In this document: positions 18,459-29,261 of the stretch, in pieces
How positions within the stretch are numbered: position 1 is the first letter of the stretch
How the letters are laid out: every line of letters begins with the position of its first letter
From: a virus
Taxonomy: Duplodnaviria > Caudoviricetes
IMG/VR virus record: IMGVR_UViG_3300028797_000004
DNA: 64,000 nucleotides
Direction: 5' to 3' (one strand)
Position numbers and translations under genes: made by a program
Notes under the pieces: model-generated
Told to the model about the DNA's origin: nothing
The model's input: only the letters and a program-made list of their open reading frames with translations
Database searches by the model: none

Positions 18459-19715
18459 TTGCCTGATACATTAAAACAAGTTGTTGACCGTGTTAAAGCA
18501 GCTAAAACAGCTATCGGTAGCGCTATCACAGCTAAAGGTGGTACTGTTGGAGCCAATGACGGACTTGAAGAATTTGCTGCGGACATTGCTACAATTCCGA
18601 GTGGCGGTAGTTCATCAGGTAATGATGTTATATTCTACGACTATGATGGTTCTGTTGTAGCTTCTTATTCAGCAACCGATTTTGCTAATCTGTCTGCTAT
18701 GCCTGCAAATCCTACACATGAAGGACTTACAGCACAGGGCTGGAACTGGTCTTTGAGTGATGCTAAGGCTTATGTTGCAGCTAATGGTAAACTCAATATC
18801 GGTCAGATGTATATAACTTCTGATGGAAAGACGAGATTCTATTTTGTAATTCCTAAATATAATCTTACTCTTAATTTATATCTTTATCTCGATTCTGATA
18901 CAGAGTTAGATGTTGATTGGGGTGATAATTCCGAGCACACTACTTGGACAAGTAATGATGGTGCTGAATATAAGGAACATGAATATTCGGATGGTGGCAG
19001 ATATGTGGTAGCTATCACAGTACTTCGTGGAGGATTCTATTCTTATAGTCCTGATGGTTACTATTTGGGTATTCTTAAAAGAGCTGAATATGGTAATGGT
19101 GTTACAAGTATTGAAAGTAAAACTTTCTACGATTGCTCTGCATTATCATCAGTAACAATTCCAAATAGTGTAGAAAGTATTGGAGAGAATGCTTTCTACC
19201 AATGCAAAGCATTATCATCAATAACTATTCCAAATGGTGTAACAAGTATTGGAGAGAATGCTTTCGCCTATTGTTATGCATTATCATCAGTAACTATTCC
19301 AAATAGTGTAGAAAGTATTAGCGGTAGTGCTTTCTACGATTGTTATGCATTGTCATCAATAACTATTTCAAGTAGTGTTACAAGTATTGGAGAGAACGTG
19401 TTCGAGCAATGCGGTTTAACATCAATAACTATTCCTAATGGTGTTACAAGTATTGGAAGTCAAGCTTTTTACTATTGCTCTGCATTGTCATCAATAACTA
19501 TTCCAAATAGTGTAACAAGTATTGGAGGGTATGCTTTCTACGATTGTTATGCATTATCATCAATAACCTTTGAATCCACAACCCCACCTGACTTATATGG
19601 AGAATTAGGAATAGATAAAACTTGTACTATCAGAGTACCACAAGGTTCATTATCAGCATACACATCAGCAGAAAACTACCCTGATCCATCAGAATATATT
19701 TACGAAGAATATTAA
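18459..19715 (+). CDS. BspA-type leucine-rich-repeat (LRR_5) protein, candidate adhesin/receptor-binding protein
   Basis: About seven 23-aa repeats 'LSSITIPNSVTSIGxxAFYxCxA'; PKD-like 'VDWGD' before them. Confidence 0.85.
   Translation: MPDTLKQVVDRVKAAKTAIGSAITAKGGTVGANDGLEEFAADIATIPSGGSSSGNDVIFYDYDGSVVASYSATDFANLSAMPANPTHEGLTAQGWNWSLSDAKAYVAANGKLNIGQMYITSDGKTRFYFVIPKYNLTLNLYLYLDSDTELDVDWGDNSEHTTWTSNDGAEYKEHEYSDGGRYVVAITVLRGGFYSYSPDGYYLGILKRAEYGNGVTSIESKTFYDCSALSSVTIPNSVESIGENAFYQCKALSSITIPNGVTSIGENAFAYCYALSSVTIPNSVESISGSAFYDCYALSSITISSSVTSIGENVFEQCGLTSITIPNGVTSIGSQAFYYCSALSSITIPNSVTSIGGYAFYDCYALSSITFESTTPPDLYGELGIDKTCTIRVPQGSLSAYTSAENYPDPSEYIYEEY
19101..19575 (+). repeat. Tandem ~69-bp coding repeats (LRR units)
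   Basis: Recurring 'gt(a/t)acaagtattgga...gctttctac...tg...gcattatcatca(a/g)taactattccaaat(a/g)gt'. Confidence 0.85.
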
Positions 19716-19888
19716 TCGAATAAACGGTAAATTGAAAGAGTAAAAAGCGGAACGTCGGAAAACCGTGTGGGGGATAACAACCAATATGAAAGAACGGTTG
19801 ACTTACGCCGAATAAAGAGTAAGTACAGACACCATTACTCTTTCATAATTATAAGGTAAATTTTATCACAGCCGTAAAGGAGCAATAT

Positions 19889-20026
19889 ATGATAGGATAT
19901 GTACAGATGTATATCAATAAATATCGTAAAGTTAAATATCGTTGCTCGGAATGTCGTAAAGACGTGAATGAAACAACTATCAGATGTCCGTATTGTGGAA
20001 TCTTGTTAATTGGTGACGGCGATTAA
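19889..20026 (+). CDS. Small zinc-ribbon protein (45 aa)
   Basis: MIGYVQMYINKYRKVKYRCSECRKDVNETTIRCPYCGILLIGDGD; RBS AAGGAG; not in the ORF track. Confidence 0.6.
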   Translation: MIGYVQMYINKYRKVKYRCSECRKDVNETTIRCPYCGILLIGDGD

Positions 20027-20186
20027 TCAATAGAAATGTGATTTCAAAGGTTCAAAGAAACCTAAAATACACATGTATCATCGCAGTAGCGAGCAGCAGT
20101 TGGGTTGCGACCTAGCTGCTGTGTGACCTCTCTTTTTAACATATTTGCCCAACTGCAGTTAACTTTGTCCTGCAGAGAAGAAACTA

Positions 20187-20284
20187 CCTTGAGGTAGCGG
20201 AGAATGGTTCTGACGCCACCTAGTGCTGATTGCAAGGGCTTGCAGCACTGAAAGACATTTGTTCTTTCTACACAAATCCCAAGG
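20187..20284 (+). ncRNA. Candidate structured non-coding RNA (multi-stem junction)
   Basis: Closing stem CCTTG/CAAGG enclosing AGGTAGCG/CGCCACCT, AGTGCTG/CAGCACT and ATTTGT/ACAAAT stems; followed by a terminator. Confidence 0.35.
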
Positions 20285-20288
20285 TGAG

Positions 20289-20323
20289 ACAGCTTTCGCT
20301 ACCCTTCAGGCGGAAGCTGTTTT
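20289..20323 (+). terminator. Intrinsic terminator
   Basis: ACAGCTTTCGC-loop-GCGGAAGCTGT-TTT. Confidence 0.65.
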
Positions 20324-20395
20324 GCGTTCACGAACCTTCTATATATGTAAGGACAATACTCTGAAAATTTGAAAAGATAGGAGTGAAGATAGATT

Positions 20396-22660
20396 ATGTC
20401 TAAGTCATTATGGTCAGAAGGTAGAGTTGTAGGCTTGAGCGCATATGAACTGTACGCTAGATATGTATTAGCTAACAACGATACACCTTCAGATGAGAAG
20501 TCATGGCTTGCCTCTACTTTATCATATGGTTCATCTATGCTTCTGTGGGTTGAGCCTGATAACTCTGTAGGCCCACATTATAGAGATTTTGAGTTCCCTA
20601 CAACCTCTAATCTCGGTGCATGCAACACAATTGTAGCTGCATTCTTCTCAGGCAGTGGTGTTGTAGATAGCGGCAGCCCATGGGCAGTTAAAGTTGAAAG
20701 CTACGGCCCGCTTATCGAAAACGATTCTGTAGCAAGTCCAGATGGTATAGTAACAGATATTTCATCTGGTGTACCTGTAAAAAACAATGGTGCACTAGAT
20801 CAGCTTACCACAGATCAAATTCAAGATTTCGCTAAAATTACAGATGCAGTGGTGGTGCAACCAGGTACTTGGTCTGCAAACTCTAGCGGATCTGGCCCTG
20901 CTAAGAAGCTCAACCCCGATCTTACTAAAGCGCCTACGCTTCGCATTGCGTTTGCTAATCGTGTAACTAATGGTTTCTGGCTGCTGCTCACAGGATTTAT
21001 CGACAGAAACATCTCGTTAGGTATGACAAAACAAGGAGACGCTACAGCTCCTACTGCACCTCAGAACGGAGATTTCTTAGGTCCAGCTATATTTCCTTGG
21101 GCTACAAAAGTTGTAATATCAATACCACCAGCAATGATGGCATATATGAGATCTGTAAGCATATCAACTCAAGATATTGCAGCTATTCAGCTATACAATA
21201 CTCGCTATATCTGGCTCTACTGCACACACCCTGATTCTAGTGCTCCCACACAAGACGATCTCAAAGATGCTAAACAGATATATCAGCTCATCGGTGTTAC
21301 AGGTTATGTATCATCACAATTTATCACAGATTTTTGTGTAGATCTAGCAACTATGCAGAAAGCTTGTAGACAAGGTCATATTTCTGACGTTGCATCTAAT
21401 CCTGCACAAGATGCATTTGCGAGACAGCTAATCACCAGATATGGTGGTGACGCAGCCGCAGAAGCAGCTGTTGCAGCTAAATATAAATTTTTCTTCTGGA
21501 CAGAGTGGCCTGCAGTTAATGCTCCAGGCAGCCAAGGTATGTTCTTTCCAATAGATCTAGAAACTAATTCCTTCGCGTTTACGGTAACAGAAGATAGATA
21601 CAGAATGAACGTACCGCATGGTATCAATTTCACTACATCAGAAATAACAGTAGATTCTAATCCAGAACCGCCTACATCTGTAGATTTATTAGGTGCTCTT
21701 TACGATGCGTCTGCTGATTACACAGTGCAAACTGGTGATTTCTACGATGCTGATCATACTCTGGTCTATTCAAATCACCCTACACTCTGGACGGCAATCA
21801 AAGAATTTTCGTTGTTTACAAGAGCTACAGTACCTGTACCGAAGGCTCCCGCTACCTATGACAACAACTTCACAGAATGGTTCAAGTCTATGCGTGTAGC
21901 AGAAGCATTAGGGTTAGGTAATGCGGATCCCGCTCAATCTGGTCAAGCTATTCTTACAGCTATGGGTGTACATTCCGATTATTCTAATCTGGATTTCCAA
22001 TCCTTCTTGCAGTACGCAGCAACAGGTCGTGATTTATCTCAAGCAATTGATTCGGAAGCGACAAGCGTAACTAGACGGTACGATCACTATATGTATTCTG
22101 CAGCTACTATCACAGCTATCAGTCAGGACGATTTTTCTTGGGACGATGGTGCTAATTATCAAGATTGCGCTGCAAAATTCAGTGCTGCAACTTCCTCCGC
22201 CGCATTCTACAAGCCTTGCAATGTGCAGATCTTAGCTCGTGATCCATCATCTACGCATACATCATTTGTACCAGGTGCGGATCTAACTGAAACATATACA
22301 AGCACAGCCTATCGCAGATGGGCAGCTGTTACAGAGAACGACGATACAAGCATCACAGCTCTTTCGCTTGTAGATGGATTTGGTTCATACTTATCTACTG
22401 TTGGTGTATCAGGAACTATTCATGCTGACGTACTTCGTTGGTCAGATTTGCTTGACGGTTTGAATCTAGACAAAGCTATAGATCTGCTTGGCGGCCTTAT
22501 TAATATGAAGAATAGCGGTACAAATTATATTCAGCTTGGTACGCTTCGCTTGTATGTATCTTCAACAGAACCAACTGGAACTATTCCAGAAGGATCAATC
22601 GGCATAGGCTGGGGCGGAGTTAAAGTTTACACTTCTGGTGCTTGGGTTGCATCAACATAA
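20396..22660 (+). CDS. Putative tail/structural protein
   Basis: N-terminal 'GRVVGLSAYE' and C-terminal 'LRLYVSSTEPTGTIPEGSIGIGW..VKVYTSGAW' resemble tail-fibre modules. Confidence 0.55.
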   Translation: MSKSLWSEGRVVGLSAYELYARYVLANNDTPSDEKSWLASTLSYGSSMLLWVEPDNSVGPHYRDFEFPTTSNLGACNTIVAAFFSGSGVVDSGSPWAVKVESYGPLIENDSVASPDGIVTDISSGVPVKNNGALDQLTTDQIQDFAKITDAVVVQPGTWSANSSGSGPAKKLNPDLTKAPTLRIAFANRVTNGFWLLLTGFIDRNISLGMTKQGDATAPTAPQNGDFLGPAIFPWATKVVISIPPAMMAYMRSVSISTQDIAAIQLYNTRYIWLYCTHPDSSAPTQDDLKDAKQIYQLIGVTGYVSSQFITDFCVDLATMQKACRQGHISDVASNPAQDAFARQLITRYGGDAAAEAAVAAKYKFFFWTEWPAVNAPGSQGMFFPIDLETNSFAFTVTEDRYRMNVPHGINFTTSEITVDSNPEPPTSVDLLGALYDASADYTVQTGDFYDADHTLVYSNHPTLWTAIKEFSLFTRATVPVPKAPATYDNNFTEWFKSMRVAEALGLGNADPAQSGQAILTAMGVHSDYSNLDFQSFLQYAATGRDLSQAIDSEATSVTRRYDHYMYSAATITAISQDDFSWDDGANYQDCAAKFSAATSSAAFYKPCNVQILARDPSSTHTSFVPGADLTETYTSTAYRRWAAVTENDDTSITALSLVDGFGSYLSTVGVSGTIHADVLRWSDLLDGLNLDKAIDLLGGLINMKNSGTNYIQLGTLRLYVSSTEPTGTIPEGSIGIGWGGVKVYTSGAWVAST

Positions 22661-22675
22661 GGTAGGTGAACTCAT

Positions 22676-23086
22676 GTGAAATTATACATTCGCGCAGCAC
22701 AGCTACCGACACCAGCTTCACAGCTAGTGAATCGCATAGGCAAATATCTATATGCGCACATCGACGGCGCTTACAAGTTCAAGAAAGACAGAAACACTTA
22801 TGATCTCTACATGGATTTATATTATCAAGCTTTGCATGACTGGACACCTAACGGATGGATGGATTCTCCGCCCGTAAATGAAATGAAAATCAACATCTCC
22901 ATTACTACCTACCAGAATAAGATCCGTGTCAATACAATTGAGGTAACGCCTGAAGCACGAACTCTAGGCTATGATCTATTCAAACCTGAACAGCTTGAAG
23001 ATCTCGCAGAGGCGCAGCAGCTGATACTCAGTAAAGTAAAGCGCAGAATTGAAGCTGCGTACTCGAATTGTATCATCTCAATCTGA
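22676..23086 (+). CDS. Hypothetical protein with MKLYIRA N-terminal tag
   Basis: RBS AGGTG; first 7 aa identical to those of 52497..52958. Confidence 0.6.
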   Translation: MKLYIRAAQLPTPASQLVNRIGKYLYAHIDGAYKFKKDRNTYDLYMDLYYQALHDWTPNGWMDSPPVNEMKINISITTYQNKIRVNTIEVTPEARTLGYDLFKPEQLEDLAEAQQLILSKVKRRIEAAYSNCIISI

Positions 23087-23119
23087 TAACTTCTCTTCTT
23101 TATCCTTTCTTTTGATATA

Positions 23120-23149
23120 GCCCCTGTATGCTTCACAGTATACAGGGGC
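23120..23149. terminator. Hairpin at the end of the structural region
   Basis: GCCCCTGTATGC-TTCACA-GTATACAGGGGC; no clear U-tract. Confidence 0.5.
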
Positions 23150-23248
23150 ATCAGTGTGAATCGTTATTGTAATTGTAAAAATCGACTGTTAAATGATTAA
23201 TAGTTGATTAATGAATCGTAAATAATTGATTAATTTTCATGAAACTTA

Positions 23249-23277
23249 TTGATTTAGCTCGTACAAGATGCTATAAT
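23249..23277 (+). promoter_or_regulatory. Sigma70/sigma-A-type early promoter
   Basis: TTGATT-17 bp-TATAAT with TG extended -10; phased GATTAAT repeats upstream. Confidence 0.8.
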
Positions 23278-23356
23278 ATAAGTGATATCACATATACTGC
23301 GGACAAGCAGTAGGGTGAAACACGAAAATCAACCGTCTGCCGAAAGGAGAAGTATC

Positions 23357-23629
23357 ATGAACGATACGAGAAGAAAGGCGCTCAACAAGATAACTGAGCG
23401 TATTGAAGCACTCTTAAGCGAAATTGAGACAATCAAAGACGACCTCACTCAGCTTCAAGACGAAGAGCAGGAGTACATGGACAATATGCCAGAAAATCTT
23501 CAGTCATCTGACAGGTATTATGCTGCAGAAGAAGCTGTTAGTGAGCTGGAAGAAGCTGTCTCAGCTCTTGATGATGCTGCTGACAATCTTACAACCGCTA
23601 CAGATTCTATTTCATCAGCTATAGGTTAA
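23357..23629 (+). CDS. Small coiled-coil hypothetical protein
   Basis: Start corrected to ATG 23357 (RBS AAGGAG); 'MNDTRRKAL...DEEQEYMDNMPENLQSSDRY'. Confidence 0.65.
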   Translation: MNDTRRKALNKITERIEALLSEIETIKDDLTQLQDEEQEYMDNMPENLQSSDRYYAAEEAVSELEEAVSALDDAADNLTTATDSISSAIG

Positions 23630-24059
23630 GGAGGTAACACTATGGATGTAGATAAAGAACTAAGTGGACTACTTGCTGAATATCAGTGGGAAGAAGCTTA
23701 TTATGAAGATATGTATGTTCAGCTGACTGATTATATTGTGTCAATGCGTCTTCCTCAAAAGTTTGAAGCTCGTCTGTTATCTGCTGTTGCAGACGTGTTT
23801 GGATATTAAATTTTGTTAAGGAGGGTCATTATGGACAATACAACTCGCAAATACATAGCTGATATGCTTTATCTCGAAAAGGAGCTTACAACTAGAATTC
23901 ATCAGCACATCGATGCGTACCTCAGAGGTTACGACAAGCCTGGAGATGTATACAGAGTGCTTGAGGGTGTCATCAGTGAAGCTCGTCGTCTTGATGCTAG
24001 ACCACCAAGAGCTTCTGGTGAGGACATCTATGGATAAACAGTGTAGAAGGAGGTTCAAT

Positions 24060-24596
24060 ATGGACAGAGATATCTTACAACGTATGTCTGAACTCGTCAA
24101 TGAGTTCAAATCACTCATTGACGAAGTCAAGACTGATACGCAGAAAGAAACTACAATCAAACCTGAAGAGCTTATAGCTCATGTACTTAACGCATATGTT
24201 AGCTGCCATGATCGCACAGATGTATACTGGTTGGATCAATTCGGATGCACTTGCATTGGGGCACCTAAAACTTTTAAGCGAAGCTTACAAGAAGACTACA
24301 ATCCATATCATGTCTATCCCACAGAGTACTACGCTGACTATGCAGCATTCATGAAGAAGGTTAATGACATACAGCTTGCTTACAAGTGGTGCTATGAGCG
24401 AGACTTTGTGCAACCCTGGAGTTCTAAATTTGTCAAAAGTTACATTGTATATGACGCTACTGTAGATCTATTTAGGGTGCAAACAAGTTGTCACTCACCC
24501 GCTACTGTAGTCTTCAGCTCTAAGGAAGTGGCTGGAGGCTGCGCAAATCTTCTGAATGATATGCTTGATAGAAAGGAGTTAAAATTCAATGACTGA
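24060..24596 (+). CDS. Hypothetical protein, 'AFKWCYD' paralog 1
   Basis: Start at ATG 24060 (RBS AGGAGG); AYKWCYERD...VVFSSKEVAGGCANLLN. Confidence 0.65.
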   Translation: MDRDILQRMSELVNEFKSLIDEVKTDTQKETTIKPEELIAHVLNAYVSCHDRTDVYWLDQFGCTCIGAPKTFKRSLQEDYNPYHVYPTEYYADYAAFMKKVNDIQLAYKWCYERDFVQPWSSKFVKSYIVYDATVDLFRVQTSCHSPATVVFSSKEVAGGCANLLNDMLDRKELKFND

Positions 24597-25152
24597 TAAT
24601 GAAATGTTAGATAAGCTCAACGATTACTTATCTCAGATAAACAAGATCGCAGAGAAAGCAAATAAGCTTGCAGAAGAATACAACCACTCGGAGCAGGTTG
24701 AAGTTGTAGGTCATGAGCAGTATACTTTAGAGCTTCTGAAAGATTATGTAGATTCTTTCAGTTATGCAAAAGATCCCGACCACCCTACAGATATGTATTG
24801 GGTAGAGTGCAATTCAGTATGTCATGGCTTTGTCAGTGGTGATACTGAAACAGTTATGGCTTTCGAGGATTTTCCCACAAAAGAATATGCTGAGAAGCTT
24901 CGCAAGCTGAATAGGCTTAACGGCATGATGTTAGCTTTCAAATGGTGCTACGATAGAGACTATGAGCCTGATTGGGAAGATAATAATTCATGTAAATATA
25001 CTGTAGATTATGATGTAACTACTAACAAGTTCGAGCATACATGGTTTGGTACGTTAAAGTTAAATCATGTATATTTCAGTAGTGTTGATATCGCTAAGAA
25101 GTGTGCTGAATGGCTCAATAAGATTGACTCGAAAGGGGAGCTGATTTCATGA
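24589..25152 (+). CDS. Hypothetical protein, 'AFKWCYD' paralog 2
   Basis: AFKWCYDRDYEPDW...VYFSSVDIAKKCAEWLN. Confidence 0.65.
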   Translation: MTDNEMLDKLNDYLSQINKIAEKANKLAEEYNHSEQVEVVGHEQYTLELLKDYVDSFSYAKDPDHPTDMYWVECNSVCHGFVSGDTETVMAFEDFPTKEYAEKLRKLNRLNGMMLAFKWCYDRDYEPDWEDNNSCKYTVDYDVTTNKFEHTWFGTLKLNHVYFSSVDIAKKCAEWLNKIDSKGELIS

Positions 25153-27691
25153 AATTGATGACCATAGTTGATGTTTTACTTGGTGTTGAAGGTCCGATTC
25201 GCCCTGTAGCTGAAGAGCACATAGATCAGCCACGTAGGCGAAACATCGAGAACTGGTGCGAAGCAAGTGACTGCATCATAGACGAGCTTATCAAGTGCGC
25301 TAACACAGATCTTAGATCCTATGCTTCTGCGAAGAGTATCAGTGATTACGCTCGTCAGCATCTGAAAGAACTGCAGGAGTGTCTAACAGAAAATATACAG
25401 CGATGGGAGGAAGAAGACAATGCATGTGTTTGACGAATTAGACCAGGTTGTAACTTGCAAGTATTGCAACCAACTCACAATCTACGGTGAAATGATATGG
25501 CTCAACGGAAAATGTATGTGCCCCAGATGCTACATGCAGGAAAGAGCTAAGGAAGACGCTAAGCGAAAGGAGCAACAGTAATGGACGCTTCAGATTACTG
25601 CAAATTTGATATAGATATCACACTACGTCAGCTTCAAGCTGCTTCTGGGCCAGTATCATCACATAAGCTGCTAGATAATAAGTCTCGTGAGCTAAAAGAG
25701 ATGCACAAATCATGTATGAGGGTGACAGAAGTAGATACACAAGAATTCTTCAATGGTGAGATTGAACACTTCAAACCTGTAAGCACTGCACTGCTTAAGA
25801 AAGAGAGTGATACTGATGAGTGATACAATCGAAGCTACTGACGGTTTAACTTTCATGTTTCTTCCGGAAGACGATATTGCGGACAAGCAGTTTCGCCCTG
25901 CAGTAGAAGCGATGAGAGATTACATCTGTCAACCACCATTGAATCAGTTTGCACGACAATTATCAATCTACGCAGGCAAATTTGGTTCCGTGCACATACG
26001 ATTTACAGATACTACTACACACAATTTTGCTGTAGGGGGTATAGGGTTTAAACTTTTAGAACCTGAAGACCAAATGGTTCAAGACGCTCTGAATACATTC
26101 GCACAAGAAGTTTACAGGGTTGTTCAAGAATTACTAGCTCTGAATAGGAGGTCATGGTGTGAAAATATTTGACGGAGATATATTTCGGCAGTACTTGCTA
26201 AATCGCAAATCAGAGATTCGCCAGAAGTTTGATGCAGACCCAATTTCTGACGAGTCATACATAGATTCTGTATCAACTGTTACCACAAAGCGAGCTCTTC
26301 TTGCAGCTGCTGATGAAATCAATGCAGCTTTGAAGCAGTTAGATCGTGCTGAGGTTGAAGTTCACCAGGTACCAAAAGACGGTGCGGTGCTCTTGCGTAT
26401 CAATAACAATTACAATATGACTGAGTTCTGCGAATACTGGGACACTATCAAAGATTCATTCATTTCTGCGGATGTTCAAGCTGTAGCAATCAGTGATGCT
26501 GCTTACAAAATAGATACTTACTCAAACCTTGATGATATGATTACAGATATTGAGAATTTACTTAAGTATCTCAAAGATGCAAAGGAGGCTAAAGATGCGA
26601 CCAAGAAATGAACGATTCATGCGTAACAGCTATAATTATGACGGTGACGTCATAGGTCGTGAGATAGATGTCAGCGCAATCGGTGATTACGCTGACACAA
26701 CAGATCATGAATTACATGATCTTACAGTATACACACATAAAGAGCTGCAGACTCTATCTAACAGATGTGAGCAGCTTGAAATTCAGCTGCACAATGTAAC
26801 AGAAGGGTACAAGCAAATGTGTGATACTGCCAAAAAATTAGCTGAATGCCTTCGGCAATTAACACAGATATGCTCCAGCCATGATGATATTGAGCTTGAT
26901 TTGCTCGATCAGGTTGTAGAGCTGAAAGAACAAGTCAAGAAATTGGAAGGTGATTCTGATGAAGCAGATACCACTGAGTAGCGGATATACACTTATATTG
27001 CCTGACTTGCCAATCACTGCTGAAATGCTTCAAGAAGCTAAGGACGCAGCGGCTGACGCAATTCGTGAGCAGGAGATGCTCAAGAGACAATTCTTTGAAA
27101 ATATTTGTGTAAGAAAGGAAGATCTAAACCATGAGGAAGCCACATCGTACATTCTCAGAAAACGATACCGCCACCCATAAGTTACCTAGGTTTGTAGGTA
27201 TGTTTCAAACACCTGGTGCAAATGTACCAGCATACACTCGAGTAAGCATATCAAATGAGATGAAAGAGTGGGTAGAAGCTGTAAATACAAAGCTTGAACA
27301 CCTGTATCAGCAGATTAATCTTCTGCAGGAGCAGGTACAGAAAGTAAGCTTAGGCTTTACAGTATCTGTACCCAATATTAAAGACCTCGGGGATATAAAG
27401 ATAGATTCTATTACTAAGGATGTTTCTCATGATATAGTTATCAATCCTAATCCTCCGAAGCTTTATGAAGAAGTTGCACCACCAGATTTAAATTCTGTAG
27501 ATATAAATACCTTAGTTGAACTTCTTTCAACTTGTAGTCAAATGGTCTGTGCTGTAGAATCCTTATACCCATATCCTGATTTACAAGCCAGAAGTGGCAT
27601 ATCCGCTATTGATTTACGTAAGAAAATAGCAGATATGATTCATGCGCTCACGTACCAATGGAAACCATATACACAGCGTGATGATAAATAA
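25149..27691 (+). other. Run of short overlapping hypothetical genes (25149-25433, 25581-25823, 25816-26172, 26159-26611, 26595-26981, 26950-27180, 27131-27691)
   Basis: Tightly packed ORFs with GGAGG-type RBSs and start/stop overlaps; no recognisable domains. Confidence 0.55.
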
Positions 27692-27723
27692 CCGTTATTG
27701 ATACCAAGAAAGGTGGAGGTCAT

Positions 27724-28287
27724 ATGACTGTACAAGACAAGATTGAAGCTCTGAAGCAAGAATTTCTTGAAAAGCTTTCAGAACTTGAAAAAGAAGCTTC
27801 GAAAGAGCAAGCAACATGTTACGATGTATTAGATAAATACATCAAATACCTTGATGGTGCCCACAGGTGCTATCATCTGGATGACGAATCTGATATTTGC
27901 GCAGGTTCTAGCGCTTACGATTTTGTAGACGATGCTCGCAACCCATATCAATTATACCCTACAGCTGACCTCGCGCGTCTCGCCTATGCTCATAAGCGAT
28001 ACAACGATATGCTGTTAGCATTCAAATACTGTTATGACTGCGATTACTGCCCAGATTGGGAAGGCTTTGATAACATGTACTCAGTAGGATTTAATCACAA
28101 GAAGGGCAAGTATGACGTAATAACGCTACTGCATGATACTTCAGCTTCTGTTATATTCAGTACAGAAGAAATTGCGCAGAAGTGTGCAGATTGGCTGAAT
28201 GCATATCCAGAATTTGCACCTAAGCGGTTGTACCACGAGTGTGATAGCTTGATACCTGATGGAGATAAGGAGGCGGAGCTGACATGA
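27724..28287 (+). CDS. Hypothetical protein, 'AFKWCYD' paralog 3
   Basis: AFKYCYDCDYCPDW...VIFSTEEIAQKCADWLN. Confidence 0.65.
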   Translation: MTVQDKIEALKQEFLEKLSELEKEASKEQATCYDVLDKYIKYLDGAHRCYHLDDESDICAGSSAYDFVDDARNPYQLYPTADLARLAYAHKRYNDMLLAFKYCYDCDYCPDWEGFDNMYSVGFNHKKGKYDVITLLHDTSASVIFSTEEIAQKCADWLNAYPEFAPKRLYHECDSLIPDGDKEAELT

Positions 28288-28799
28288 ATGAAGAGATCAA
28301 AGCTTTACTGGCTGAGTTCATAGCAAAACTTAACGAACTCGAAGCTGAATCTACAGCAGATGACGCAGCTATTGGTGCAGCTGTTTCACCAGTAGCTGCG
28401 TATGTAACAAAACTTCATGAAGACCTAGAAGCTTATTACCTTAATGCCGATTCAGAAGTTACAGATCATGTACTTTGTGACGCAGATATTAATGAATGCA
28501 GTAATAAGTATCAGTATTATCTGTCTGAGTATTATGCAAAACAAGCTTGTCGGATGAAGCTTATAAATGACATGATGCTAGCCTTCAAATGGTGTCACGA
28601 TGTAGATAACCAATGGGTAACTGGCGGAACGAATTATACAGTTGTTTATGATTGCCAGCTTGGTAAATTTATAGCTAAACAGCATAAACAGCAGCGTATG
28701 TTCAATACAGTATACTTCAGTAATCTTGAGACAGCACAGCAATGCGCAGAATGGCTAGGTCTTGAACTTGCTGAGATGTGCCCTGAAACCTGGAGGTGA
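28284..28799 (+). CDS. Hypothetical protein, 'AFKWCYD' paralog 4
   Basis: AFKWCHDVD...VYFSNLETAQQCAEWLG. Confidence 0.65.
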   Translation: MNEEIKALLAEFIAKLNELEAESTADDAAIGAAVSPVAAYVTKLHEDLEAYYLNADSEVTDHVLCDADINECSNKYQYYLSEYYAKQACRMKLINDMMLAFKWCHDVDNQWVTGGTNYTVVYDCQLGKFIAKQHKQQRMFNTVYFSNLETAQQCAEWLGLELAEMCPETWR

Positions 28800-29261
28800 T
28801 TCCGATGGAACTCAAAGATATAGTTTATTTGATTCTTTTTATCCTGTCTTGTATCTGTGCAGTTATATTTTCAGGAATTGCGTTCAAGCAAAAATTTCTA
28901 TCTGCAGAACGCTATGTAGACGAATCTATATCAGCAGCTATGATATCTTCGTATATTGCAGTTGTCACAGGTATATTTGTTATTTTCGTATTGAATTAAC
29001 TATGTGAAAGGTAGGTGAATTTATCATGTCGAGAAATTATTTTGATGCTAATGACAGCCGTAACTTCTGTAGCTTAGTAAAGGAAGCAAAGAAGTATAGT
29101 AAGAATGATGCGAACGCTCTCAGAGATCATTATGAGACTAAGGGCGTTCTGCTTGGATATGCAAGCATAGCTTTAGGTATAGCTCTTCCGAAAGTAGTGG
29201 AGTTTGCTTCGTATGCGTTTGCTACGCCTAAATATGAGAAGATAGTTAGAGGTGATGTTTA

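Noticed and set aside
18456-18461. Stop-codon readthrough fusing ORFs 18057 and 18459 (same frame, TAA-TTG)
   Set aside because: A good RBS (GAGGGG) precedes the TTG, so independent initiation is sufficient
20187-20284. tRNA gene
   Set aside because: Multi-stem but lacks a TTC T-loop, D-loop consensus and 7-bp acceptor stem; no canonical tRNA was recognised anywhere in the window
18459-20395. Diversity-generating retroelement targeting the LRR gene
   Set aside because: No reverse transcriptase and no template repeat differing only at adenines is visible in the window
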